Origin: Phaeosaccion multiseriatum
Lineage: Eukaryota > Protista > Ochrophyta, other classes
Direction of reading: 5' to 3'
Assembly (NCBI GenBank): GCA_965112735.1
Contig: OZ218952.1
Location: forward strand, 248,001 to 312,000
Length of the DNA: 64,000 nt
The translations under genes and the position numbers were made by a program. This document shows, piece by piece, positions 52,289 through 64,000 of the stretch. The number at the start of each line of letters is the position of its first letter. Positions within the stretch are counted from its first letter, which is position 1. The notes below the pieces were generated by a model, which was not told the origin of the DNA, did no database searches, and was given only the letters and a program-made list of their open reading frames with translations.

Positions 52289-55200
52289 ATGGCTTCGGCT
52301 AGAGAAGAGGAGGATGTGGCTTCTTCGACGTCTGCTCCTGCCGCAGTTCTTAGCAAAACAGACATTGGTAAGTCGGATCTTGCGGATGGCCTCTGCGCTT
52401 AGATGCGCACCAGACGCGCGGAAAAGAGCGACCGATCTTACACCATTTCCCATCGGATTGAGCATCCGTTTCGCCACAGCAAAACTTAGCTCCCCGTTCC
52501 CCTCTTTTTTCTCCTTTTTGTTCTTGTGCAGCCAACAACTTGCTCTCTTTCGCTACCTGGACGGAATCGAGGCAGTTGCTGACCTTGAACACCTACTGGG
52601 GGCGCACAGCCGAGCGAGGAGGGCACGGCATAGCCAGCTTGGAGGAGACATGGAAGCTGATGAACGAGCGCATGCACGCATCAGGGTACGACTTCCCGGC
52701 GCTCGGGTCCTCCCCTCACTGGAGTTCTGAGCGCACCATCTTTGTGTCATGTTTCCCCATGCGAGAGCTTTGGAAGCGCCCCGAGGCTGCTGCCCGCGAG
52801 GCCGATGGAGTGAGAGAAGGAGGGGAGGGAGAGGTGGACCAGCAGGAAGAGCAGCAGCAGGAAGAGGAGGAGGAGGAGGAGGAGGAGGAGGAGGAGGAGG
52901 AGGAGGAGGAGGAGGAGGATGAAGAGCAACAGCAACAACAACATCAACAGCAAAGGAGGGCGGGGCGGAGAGAGAGGACGGGGCTCAAGATTGGCGTTTG
53001 CTTGCGTTTCCGCCCTCTTTCGGACGAGCAGATTCTGAACAAGGAGTCCAGCACCGCAGTGGTTATTCCACTGCATCAGCGACTACAGCTCCTGCAGGTC
53101 AGTGGGGCGCTTCATGCTGCAGAGCGTTTCGGGAAGGAGGAAGAGCGAGTGTATGTGGAGGGCCTGAGACTTGTCTATAGCTGCGTACACATTGATGTTG
53201 ACGTGTCTGTGCTCGTACAGCAATGTCTATTACCAGAAAAAAAAGTCCAACAACCCTCCTCCCCTTCCTGGACGATGAAACGACTCCTTTGCTCAACCGC
53301 TCCTCCACCACGCAGGAGGCACACAAGTGCTCCACAAGCCACGCTCTCAAGCGGATTTGGGGAGGGGGGCAGGCGGAGGAGGGGAAGGAAGAGGAGAAAG
53401 GGGGCGGAGAGGAAGGGGGAGGGGATCCCTGGAGTGGAGCGCTCGTTCGGGTGGTCCGCAACAGCAGCGTCGAAGATCTGGACACCCTATATGGCGATAC
53501 AAGGCGCGGAGGAGAGGGAAAGGAGGAAGGCAAGGGCGAGGAGAAGGAAGCGGAGGGGGAGGGAGAGGGGAAGGAGGAGGAGGAGGAGGAGGAGGAGGAG
53601 GAGGAGGACGGCGGAGAGGAGGGGGAGGAAGAGGAGAAGGGTGTGCTGCTGACACGTGGTGTGCTGTCCTGCGGGGGCCAGTGTGTACTGGCTTTGGTCC
53701 CTGGTACGGGGTTGCGGGAGTACCGCTTCGAGCGCTGCCTCAATGAGGGCACCGCCCAGGCGGACGTGTATGGCAGCGGCGCGAGGCGGTTGGTGATGGA
53801 CTTCCTCAATGGCGTTAACGGAAGCATCATCGCCTACGGACAGGTGAGCGAGCAAGCATCCTCCTTCTCCTCTCCTCTTCCGCTTGCCTTTGACGGGGCT
53901 GTGTGGAAGCAGCAACATGTGCCATTGTCGAGAAGCGAATCAAGTTGGAGTTTACGCTTGTGCGGTTTTCGACCTCGCGCCCAATTGTTGCGGTGCCTTT
54001 TGTCGCCCTCTTCTCTTCCATCCGTTCCATGCCACTCACACGGCCGCGGCTCGCACTCTCCTCCTCTTTCTACAGACCGGCTCGGGCAAAACTTACACAA
54101 TGTTCGAGGGGGTGGGCGACGGGGCGATAGGCAGCGAGGGCAACACTAGCAACAAAAGCAGCAGTTGGTCATACAGCAGCAGCGCTGGCGTAGTCCTCAG
54201 AGGCTGCCAGGAGGTGATGGCGGCGGTGCAGCTACGGAGGGGGCTGGGGCTGGAGGTGCAGCTGGAAGTGTCCTATGTGGAGGTGTATGGGGACACCATC
54301 TCCGATCTGCTCTGGGAGGGGGCGGCGGCGGCAGCAGGACGAGGAGGAGGAGCCCTGGGCGGGGTGTGGCACGGAGCGGCAGCGAGGGCGGTTCATGATG
54401 GAGCGGCGGCTGTGGCGGTGCACTCGGCTGCCGATTTGCAGCACCTGCTGGCGTTGGGGCAACGCAACAAGCGAGTCTTCGCCACCAAGATGAATCGGGA
54501 GTCCTCCCGTGCGCACTCGCTGCTGGTGCTCCGGCTAAAGCAGGCCAACCCCCTGACGGGCATTTCGTGCAACAGTCGACTGTGCTTTGCGGACCTTGGG
54601 GGAAGTGAGCAGCTTAAGAAGTCTGGGGCTGTGGGAGAGCGAAAGAAGGAGGCAGTGAGCATCAACCTTGGGCTGCTGGCCCTGAAGCGCTGCATCGACG
54701 CGCTTCGAAGGAGGGAGCCATACGTGGTAAGTGGTTACGTAATATTTGGCAAACGCAGGAAGAAGGCGCACCGCACCGAATCGAATTGCCCACCCTAGAC
54801 CCAGGCTCCCACACGCCCTCTTCTGTACTTTATTCATCCCCATCCTGTCCCCCATTGTCCGTCCCCACCCGATCCCCTGCCACTACTGCTACTGCTGCTG
54901 CTGCGGCTGCCGTCTCTCCCCCAAGCCTTTCTCCGACAGCAAGCTCACACAACTACTCAGCGAGGGCCTCGGGGGGAACAGCCAAACCCTGGTCATGATC
55001 ACCGCCACCAGAGAACAAGAGCACTCCTTGGAGACTTTGGCCTCTCTGCGCTTTGGTGAGGATGTGTCCAGGGTGGTGAGTAGCGCCAAGGCCAACACCA
55101 CGCTGTCGGCGAGGGGCGCAATCGACTCGCTCAATGAGGAGCTGGAGCGGCTGAAAGAGACCATCGCGAGGGAGGAGAGGTGGGAGGGGGGTAGGCCCGT

Positions 55201-55537
55201 AGGAGCAGAGGTGAGCGCCTCTTGGAGTGGAGAGGGAAGGAGACGGGGGAGGAGGCGGGGGGTGTGACGTCGAATACCACACACGCACACACGCACGCAC
55301 ACACACAAAAACACACACGCACGCCACACACACATGCACACACAGAGACACACACACGATAAGATGCATGCACGCGTTTGTGTTTTGAGCACCCCTCAAA
55401 CTTGACGCTAATGTGCACGCCTATGTTTGGTTGTGTGTGCCGCCGTTTTCACGACACAACGTACTTGACTTCCCGCTCAGGGTTTCCGTCACCGCTTTGA
55501 GCAGCTGTGGGAGCAGCGGAGGGCCTTGCTTGCGTGA
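52289..55537 (+). CDS. Divergent kinesin motor protein (~721 aa; exons 52289-52367, 52532-53097, 53316-53843, 54076-54726, 54926-55210, 55481-55537)
   Basis: VCLRFRP; YGQ|TGSGKTYTM (P-loop); NRESSRAHS (switch I); DLGGSE (switch II); INLGLLALKRCI; PFSDSKLTQLLSEGLGGNS; ETLASLRFG. Confidence 0.9.
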
Positions 55538-56629
55538 GCCCGGAGCTCCACAACCCACCCACCCACACACCCACCCACCCACCCACCCGCCCACCATTAT
55601 ATAACCGCAGTTAAACAAACCGACGCTTCTCGCTCCGAGAAGGAGCCTGCCTCACTAGCGGCTCAGGGAGTGCAGAGTGTATAAAAGAGGCGTAAGCCTC
55701 GACCCCTGACGCGACGCCCGGGTATGTGGGCAGGACATTGACTGGTGTATGGGCAGGGGACCTGTGCCCATAGCAATACAACTAGCGGGTTAGAGCCAGA
55801 CCACGCCTCGCTGTGCCCTTGGACGCGAAGACGCGAAGGCTGTACCGGCTATGGATGGGTTTTGAAGATCACCCATAAAAGAGCATATAATATCTCCATC
55901 CGTCCATCCATCCATCCATCCATGCACTGCCATCTAAGCATCTCCCATCTCTCGCCCTGCTGCCCGGAGGGGGGGTGATATGAGTTCAGCCCCATGCATC
56001 GCTCACTGTTCAGTCCTTGGCGGCCTCTAGCTGCCCCCCGCGCCTCTAGCAGCTAGGCAGCCTCCCAGTGACGGTGGGCGCGTGCGTGGTGCCGCCAGCC
56101 AGTGGGTAGCGGCACACCTGTACTAGGCCTCCTCGTAGGGCCAGCGAGGCGGAAAGACACAACACGAAGCAAGTCTATTCCTCACTTCCAATCCCATGTA
56201 ATACATTTGCTTAAAACTGACTACTCTTTGCACTCTGGACTGGGCACTCCAACCGTCCACCTAACCTTCTATGAACATCTCCTCCTCCTCCCCCATTTTG
56301 TTACCGAATTTGCTGAATTCACAAATTTGTTAGTCTCTTTGTTCCCCCTTGCCCCCAACCAGTCACATTTAAAATCTTCTTCGACCAAGTTGTGATTTCT
56401 CACCATATTCGCAACCCCCCACACGCAAACGAGAGGAGTGCAGCGCAGGCTTCACAACCAAGACTGCATACGGCACATAGAAGAAGAGAAGCAATTCTTT
56501 ACTCTTCGCTGTTCAATCCCCGCTCCCCGCCCGTAAAGTAAATCCTCCCTTTACTTAGCTACAAGCAAGCAACACATCGCCTTTTGGAAGAACAACATAC
56601 ACAGCGCGTAAGACAAGGCAGTGGAGAAG

Positions 56630-57992
56630 ATGGACGTGTTGTGGCCCGAATCCGAAGGGAGAAACGCACAGGGGAGGAGTAGCAGCTCCAAGCGGCATGA
56701 GCAGCGGCAGCTAAAGCTAAGGGGCGGGCCAGACGTGACGGGCGGTGCCATGCTCCTCTCGCTGCGCTTTGCCACCATGTGCTCCTTGGCTGCCGTCTTC
56801 TGGTACTTCGGGGTCTACTCCACGCAATGGTACCGCGAGGAGATCTCCGGGGGTCATCGGGGTGACACCTACACACTCAACGAGGGCAAGTTCTCCGTGG
56901 GGAACAGCAGGTACTATGGCTGGATCGGATGAAGAGCACCAGGCAACCAGCCAGTGGCACTTGTTCATTGCCAGAGGTTCGCTTCGGCGAGTTTATGCTG
57001 GGACCGCGGTGGTGGTGTGGAAGTAGCAAGACTCGGCGCTGGCCTCTTTCGCTGTTGCTGGACTGGCTGGCTCGCTCGGTTTTTTTTTGTCCCTCCTCTT
57101 GTTCCTCCAAGACCTCCCTCCTCTCTCTCTTCCATCCGTTACTCGATTTGCTTCTGCTGAGCCAAGCTCCTGCCCCCTTCTATTATTCTATTATTCTTTC
57201 TGCTGCCCATGTCAATGCCCCAACAGCAACCTCATCCTCCTCTTCACCGTGGTGCCTTTGATGGGCGCCACCCTGTTTGGAGCCCTGCATGAGGCCCTCT
57301 GGATCGGCCGCCGGCTTCGAGCCCCAGCTTCCTCCTCGGACTCCGAGTCTACATCACCACCCAAGCCGCCCCTGATGACCTCTGTGACTCGCACCTGCAG
57401 CGCTGTGCTTCACTACAAGCTGGGGCCGCTCCTTCGACTCCGAGCTCCGTAAGTACTAGTCACAATCCGCCAATTCTGGGGACAAGTCTTGGAAGGCCTT
57501 ACGCCACTAGCCACCTGGACTCTCTCCCTCCCATCCGTCGATTCAGTTCATTGCCGTTACTTAGCTACAGACGCAGTGACGGCGGCAATAGTCGCAATTG
57601 GGCCTCTTCTTGGTCGCTCCCTCCCTCGTTCCCTCATTTTCCGTCATGATGCCCGCACCCACATGTTACTTTCACTAACCCACTTGACTTGACCATATGC
57701 TTGACTTGTCGCCGCTCACTCACCCACCAGATGGATCACTGTTGGAGAGGCCCTTGTGGGCCTGGGCTGGGTGGCCGCCAACATTTGCCTGCTCGTCTAT
57801 GGCACCATCCGTAGGGTGGATGGGCAGTTCGATGAGGACAACATTGGCCCATGCGCCGACGCCCCCGCTAAGCAGTGCTGGCAGGGAACACACTTCTATG
57901 GCTTGGAGGTACGCGGGAGCAGCGAGTAGGGGCCCCTGCCTGATGTCTAAATGTCTTCACAATGACTGCCTTGGCTGACCCACTCACCCTTT

Positions 57993-58035
<43 letters not shown>

Positions 58036-60501
58036 TACACGCACACGCACCACTCACCGCCCACCGTCCATCCGACTGGCTGGCTGCACACTTGACTCAA
58101 AACAGGTCTCTTCGCGGAACGAATTCACACTGATGATCGTCGCCTTCCAGTTTGGATACGTTTGTACCGCCAACTTCACTCTGGCGCTGCTGCCTGTGTC
58201 CCGCACGAGCCGCGTACTCACCGGCATGGGCGTGAGCTTCGAGAGGGCTGTGCTGTACCACAAACTCGTGGGGCACATGGCGTTTTGGGCCCTCATCCTC
58301 CATGGAGTGCTCTACGTAATCTACTGGCTCTTGCTGGGAGGTGAGTGGCTGATTTTGTAGCGTGGGTGGGGTGTAGCAAAGCGTGGTGGTGGTGCACAGG
58401 CAGGATGAGAAAGAGGAGAAAGCATCCATGATGGCACTTTTCACTTCGAAGGGAAGAGGGGTTAGGCGCCGTGGGCAAAAGTGTATTCAAACTGTTAATA
58501 GCATACGTAAGTAGCCAAACGCTAACCTACGTCGTCCCCTCTCTTTTCTCTCCCCTCTCCTTCCATCCACAAAAAAAATAAAAACAATAATCATAAAATA
58601 ACAGGCTTCAGCCAGGTGTGGGAAGAGTCCGTCAAGTGGCCCGTCCGCAGAGGCACCAATGTCCCCTTCGGCTGGATGACCATAGTGTTCGGGCTGCCCA
58701 TGTGGATCACCTCCATCGCCACCATCCGCAAGCACTACTACGCGCTCTTCAAGGCCGTGCACTGGTGCGCCATCCCGGTCCTGGTCTTTGCGTGCCTGCA
58801 CAACGACAACGTGGCCTACTTCCTCATCGCCCCCATGCTCATCTACGCGGCTCACATTGCCACCAGACTCGCCTCCTGGCAGGTGTGTGGTGCTGGCAGT
58901 AGTGGTAACAATAGTAGTATTAGTAGTAGTGGCTGGTAGTAGGACAAGTCCCCTTTCTGTCGTTCGCAAGCTGGCCAAGCGTCGTTCCATCTATGGGCTT
59001 TCGCAAAGAAGCGCACGTCGCCCTTCCTCCCCTCCTTCAGTCACTCACTTTCGTCCACTCGGTCCCCTCCCCCCCCCCCTATACCCTCCTTGCTTTCTCC
59101 CCTTCCGTTGTGGCTGACAGCGCTGGCGCATGTGGCAAACATGGCCTTCCGTCCGTGCCCTGACGCTCCTCTTCAGCTTCAAGACCGACAACGGCCAAGT
59201 CTCCTCGAGCTCGACCGACAGCAAGGCCCTCACCGACTCCGGCAGCAACTTCAAGGCCAACGAAGTCGTCTTCGTCGCAGTCCGTGGGGACTACGTCGTT
59301 CTTTCCGTGGCCATGGACTCGAGTAGCACGCTTCGTGGAGGTGCCTTCGCCTACATCTCCTGCCCCGGCGCCCTCCCCGGCCGGGCCAATGAAGCGCACG
59401 CCTTCTCCGTGGCTGTGCGAGGAGTGCCCCCCCACGAAGGCACGGAGTCCCTCTCCTCCTCCTCCCCCTGCTGCACCTTCTACATTAAGCGGCTGGGCCC
59501 CTGGACGGAGGCTCTGCTCAAGCTCTCTGCGGGCGTGGAGCTGGCCGGCGACCCTTCCTCCCTCATTGTCGACATGGACGGTCCTTACAACCAGAGCGGC
59601 GTCGCCTTCACCTCGCACGCGGCCCTTGGAGCAGAGCGTGTGGTGCTCGTCACCGGAGGCAGCGGCCTCGCGTCCTTCCTGGGCTTCCTCCAAGACTGGA
59701 GCCTCGCCGCAGCCGCCACTACGGCAGCGGGCGGCAAGGGGACGCTTCTTCCCGAGGTGCACCTGATATGGTGCACGCGATCGCTCCAAGAGATGGAGCT
59801 TTTGGGGACCGCATTGCCCACCTTGCTCGCGCAAGCGGGTGAGCTGGGCTCGACTAAGTTCAGCCTGACGCTGCACTGCACCGCCAAGGCTGCTACGGAG
59901 GAGGGGAAGCTTCTGGCCCAAGCAGAGGAGGGAGGAGGGGGTGGGTCCGGCTCTTTGATGCTCGTGGAGTGGCCGTCTGCTGCCTCCGCTGCTGCTACTG
60001 CTGCCCTCCGTCGCCACACCACCGACGAGAGCAACAAGGACACCGTCCACCGCACCCGTGGTGTGCCTCAAGCGTCCTATGTGCCTGCCTTTTTGGACGT
60101 GATGCGGACGGCCTCTGCTTTGGCCGGCGGTTACGTCGGGGTAATGTTTGCCAACTACGAAGAGGAGAACCGCGGTGGGCTGAGAGGCTACCACCAAGGA
60201 GGGCTGGTGCTCGCTCTGAGTGCAGCCTGGGCAATCGCCTTCCTCGTGGTTTGGGAGCTCATGTGGGTGGGTCTGCTCAAGCATTGCTGCACCCCCATCC
60301 AGAGGTGGAGCACAGCGGCGGTTGGCGACGAGTCCTACCGCAGCAGTGCGGTTGCCCAAAGCACCGACGGCAGCGCCGGCGACTCGTCCATCGTGCGAAA
60401 GGGAGTTGACGGAGCAGAAGGAGGACGAATGGCCCCCACCAACGCCTCACATCTGCGCCAAGAAGGAGAAGAGACCAAGGCCGGAGAGGACGAGGCCCAA
60501 C

Positions 60502-60534
<33 letters not shown>

Positions 60535-60761
60535 CCTCCCCCTCCTCTCCCTCTGTCCTGTCATCCGCCCCTGTTCAGGTCGGGCGCCCAGACCTTTGGG
60601 AGCTCCTGAGCGCCGAGAAGCGTCGTGCGGAGGAGAAGAAGCGTGGGTGTGTGCGCGTACTGGCCAGCGGTCCTGACGCCATGGTGAAGGAGTGCGTGCG
60701 TGCGGCGAGGGACATCGACTGGAAGCTCTTCGCCGTGGAGGAGTTCTCATTCGAACTGTAG
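56630..60761 (+). CDS. Ferric-chelate reductase (FRE/FRO, ferric reductase/NOX superfamily), multi-exon
   Basis: LLPVSR...GVSFERAVLYHKLVGH; haem His pairs H-x13-H and H-x12-H; FAD motif EAHAFSV; DGPY; LVTGGSG; VHLIWCTR; GRPD; ASGP; C-terminal EEFSFEL. No EF-hands. Two extra TM segments lie inside the NADPH domain, as in plant FROs. Confidence 0.92.
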
Positions 60762-61461
60762 GCATGTAGGCAGATGGAAGAGGCGACTGGTTGTTGTCTT
60801 GTCTGACTGAGTGAGTGACTGACTGACTGACGCACTCGAAGCTGGCCGGCGGGCCCAATTGATATATTTTGCTCCCCTTCGCTGGAAGCAGAAGGCAGAA
60901 GGTCAGGGGCCGAGAATCATCGGCAGATAGACCGGCGACAGACTGACTGACTGACTGACTGGACAGGAACTCATGTGGCATGGTGCAAATATAGAGGCAC
61001 ATGGGCAGTTCGAGGGGCAACTGCCGTCGCGCGGAACACTACGTCGTGTGTATTTTATTTTTTATTATAAGACAGAAATTTTGTGCTGTGAAAGGAGGTG
61101 TCGCGCTTGCCCGATCGTAGTAAAAGGGCAAGCGAGCGCCAGCAGCAAGGGAGAGAGGGAGACGGCACATCTCCTTGCGAACCCGTGTTACGCCACACGC
61201 CTCCCCAGAGAATAGGCAAAGGCAAAGGCAAAGGCGAAGGCGAAGGCGAAGGGAAAGCAAAGGCGAAGGCCCAACGCCCTCTCCCTCAGTCCACCCCTCA
61301 GTCCATCGTGATGACCGTAAGGCAGAGGCCCGAGGCCCGAGGCCCGATGCCGTCCCCCTCTCACTCAGTCTGTGGTAAAGCAAAGGTAAAGCAAAGGCCC
61401 AATCCCCTTCATGTGCCCCTCAGTCCGTAGCAAAGCAAAGCAAAGCAAAGCAGTCAACCCC

Positions 61462-61720
61462 TCAGTCCGTGGTCACCGCCTTGGCCAAATTACGTGGCGT
61501 ATCGGGATTGTGCCCCTTGAGCAGAGCCATCTCGTAAGCAATAAGCTGCAGCGGCAGCACCGCGATGAGCGCCGTCAGGGGTCCGTTGGGAGGAATGACC
61601 ACGGGGTTGTCGTCCAGGCCTTTGGCAAGAGCGGGATTGTCGGTGATGATCATGATGTCCGCGCCTCGGGCCTTCACCTCAGCCGCGGCCGTGAGCATCT
61701 GGGTGTGGGTGTGGGTGTGC

Positions 61721-61756
<36 letters not shown>

Positions 61757-63783
61757 TTGAGTGAGAGAGAGAGAGAGAAACATCTATACATTCGCCTACT
61801 TCTCCGTGACGAGCATCTCTCGGCCTTGCCTTAAGCCGGCCTCTCTCTCTCTCCCCGCCGTCAATCCTCCTCTCGACGCCCTCCACACACCACAGCAAAA
61901 AAGACAAACCTCCCTCCTTCACCCCCTCCCTTCCATCACACCCACCCACCCATCCACCTATCCTCGCCTTTCCACCACCGCACCTGCGGGCTGTGTTCAT
62001 CATCAAGAATGATCATGATGATAGGCGTCGCACCACCCGCATCCGGTCCCTCCGCCCCCTGGATCAGCGCGAAGGGCCCGTGTTTCAGCGCTCCTCCGCT
62101 GTAGCCCTCGGCATGGATGTAGGCCTGGGCGGAGAGAGAGAGAGCGGGCGGGGAGAGGTATGGAACGTCAGCGTGAAGTGGATGGCGGCGGAGGAAGAAG
62201 GGGAAGGTGGGTGGAGACAGAGAGTGAATCAGTCATTCAGTCAGTCCTCCCTCCTTCCTTTCCTTTTGTATCACCAACTCCCTTACCATCTCCTTGAGCT
62301 TCAGCGCCCCCTCCAGGGCCACGGGCTCAGCATATCCCTTGCCCAGCACAAAGCAGTGCTTCTTATTGACAAGGCGGGCGGCGAGGGCCTTGCATTGGGG
62401 CCTCACGCCCATGGCCATGCCGAAGGAGATGGGCAGCCGCTGGAGAGCCTCGAACACAGCGGTGGAGTCGGGTAGCAGCACGTCTAGAGGGGGGGGGTAC
62501 ATGAGGAGGAGGAGGAGGAGGAGGAGGAGGAGGAGGAGGAGGAGGAGGAGGAGGAGGAGGAGGAGGAGGAGGAGGAGGAGGAGGAGGAGGGGAGTGGTGG
62601 CACTGCTGAGCTTGGGTCTGACACACTCACGAACTTTTCTGAAGCTGTCCCTCACTTCCTTGCTCACTCACTTACACACTCACTCACTCACTCACTCACT
62701 CGCTCACTCACCGTAGTCATCTTCTACATCGTTTTTGATTTGCCTGAACCAAAGCGCGAGCAGCGCCAACACAGTCACCTGCAAGAGGGGCCGGGGAGGG
62801 GCAGGGGTATGCGTGGGGCGGGGCGACGCACAGAGCGTGAGGGGGTGGGGGGGGTAGGGAGGGAGAGAGAGAGGGAGGGAGGGGGGGAGGGAGGGGGAGA
62901 AGATCGAATGTCTGCGGCCTTTGCGGGTGTGTGTGTGGATGGAGCGGGCCTGAGTCCACTAGACAGAGCACTCATTTGCTGCCATTTGACGCACGCGCTC
63001 ACCTGAGTGGTGAAGGCCTTGGTGGAAGCCACACCGGTTTCCCGACCGGCGTTAAGGTACACTCCCAGCTGCGTGGAGCGGGCCACTGCGCTGCCCACAG
63101 CATTGACCACACTCATTCGCGTGACCCCGTGCATCTCCGCGTGCTTCAGAGCCTTAAGAAGGGGGAGGGGAGAGGAGGGGGGAGCGCCTTCGTAAACGGC
63201 GGCTGAGAGGGACACTTCTGTTTTTGCCAAAACACCGCTCACGCACGCATACACACATGCACGCACACACGGACACATGCACGCACACAGACCGACACAC
63301 ACATACACACACACTCATACACACATACATATACATATATATATACATATATATATATTATATATATAATACATATATATACATATATATAATGTATATA
63401 TATATATAACAGAGACCTCCCTCCCTACCTTGAGCACATCTCTCGTCTCTCCGCTCTGCGAAACGACGAGCATGCCCCCGTTACGCACGGGCAAGTCCGA
63501 CGCACGCATCTCTGCCGCATCCATGGCCTGCACCGTCTCCATGGACCCCATCTCCCTCATGAGCTTCGCTCCGTACTGGGCCGCATAGAGGGAGGTCCCG
63601 CACGCAGCGAGGACGAGGTGCTTCATCGGGAGGAGCTTGTCGCGGTGTCTATCGGGCCCGCCGAGGATGACTCGGCCGTCGGAGAGGCGGCCTCCGAAGG
63701 CCAGCGAGCGAGCAATGGCTTCGGGCTGCTGCATGGTTTCCTTAATGGTCCAGTGCGGCCATGGGGCGGGGTCGGTCTCAATC
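61462..63783 (-). CDS. glmS: Glutamine--fructose-6-phosphate aminotransferase (GFAT/GlmS), 3' part (SIS domains); 5' end lies beyond the window
   Basis: [14 protein letters not shown]; ACGTSLYA; VSQSGETRD; [17 protein letters not shown]; [11 protein letters not shown]; [15 protein letters not shown]; [11 protein letters not shown]. Confidence 0.96.
62503..62590. repeat. (GGA)n microsatellite (CCT on the sense strand) in a GFAT intron
   Basis: Seen directly. Confidence 0.95.
63240..63408. repeat. Compound (CA)n + (AT)n microsatellite in a GFAT intron
   Basis: Seen directly. Confidence 0.9.
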
Positions 63784-63889
63784 TGGGAAGGGGGTTTCGG
63801 GGGTGGGGGGGATGGGGGGAGGAGGAGGAGGGGGAGTAGGGAGCGTGGTGGAGTGAGCAAGCCGACTCTGACAGCTCCATGACGATAAC

Positions 63890-63953
63890 GAGGAGCAAGA
63901 GGAGGGGGGGAGGGGGAGAAGGAGGAGCAGGAGGAGGAGGAGGAGGAGGAGGA

Positions 63954-63986
<33 letters not shown>

Positions 63987-64000
63987 CAAGAAGAAGAAGA
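63890..64000. repeat. (GGA)n/(GAA)n microsatellite in a GFAT intron at the window edge
   Basis: Seen directly. Confidence 0.9.

Noticed and set aside
55600-56600. Short ORFs and small inverted repeats upstream of the ferric reductase
   Set aside because: No coding signature or recognisable ncRNA fold; treated as promoter/intergenic sequence.

Overview
Eukaryotic nuclear DNA: GC-rich, gene-dense, with GT-AG introns full of microsatellites. Two bipartite signal+transit presequences with a (G/A)|F cleavage motif (BolA, CbbY) point to an alga with a complex red plastid, most likely an ochrophyte stramenopile, and a TBC1D31 orthologue suggests a flagellated stage. I reconstructed about 17 genes by eye: syntaxin-6-type SNARE, SMAP-like ArfGAP, two tandem YheT/ABHD hydrolases, an orphan with SIM- and PIP-like motifs, BolA, Acinus, TBC1D31, CbbY, a giant Tudor-repeat protein, a 90-aa orphan domain ORF, a mitochondrial carrier, a CudA/STAT-like DNA-binding protein, COA3, a CLC-7-type antiporter, a divergent kinesin, a ferric reductase and the 3' part of GFAT. 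The standout is a ~4,185-aa protein with 37 Tudor/Agenet-like barrels in a strict A/B alternation, including four near-identical 1473-bp six-domain super-repeats inside a 10.46-kb exon. Also notable: many introns have mutually complementary simple repeats at their 5' and 3' ends, the kinesin has an F-box-like N-terminus, and genes are mostly arranged in compact head-to-head pairs. I found no tRNA, rRNA, CRISPR array or transposon. Exon boundaries were read manually and no database searches were run.
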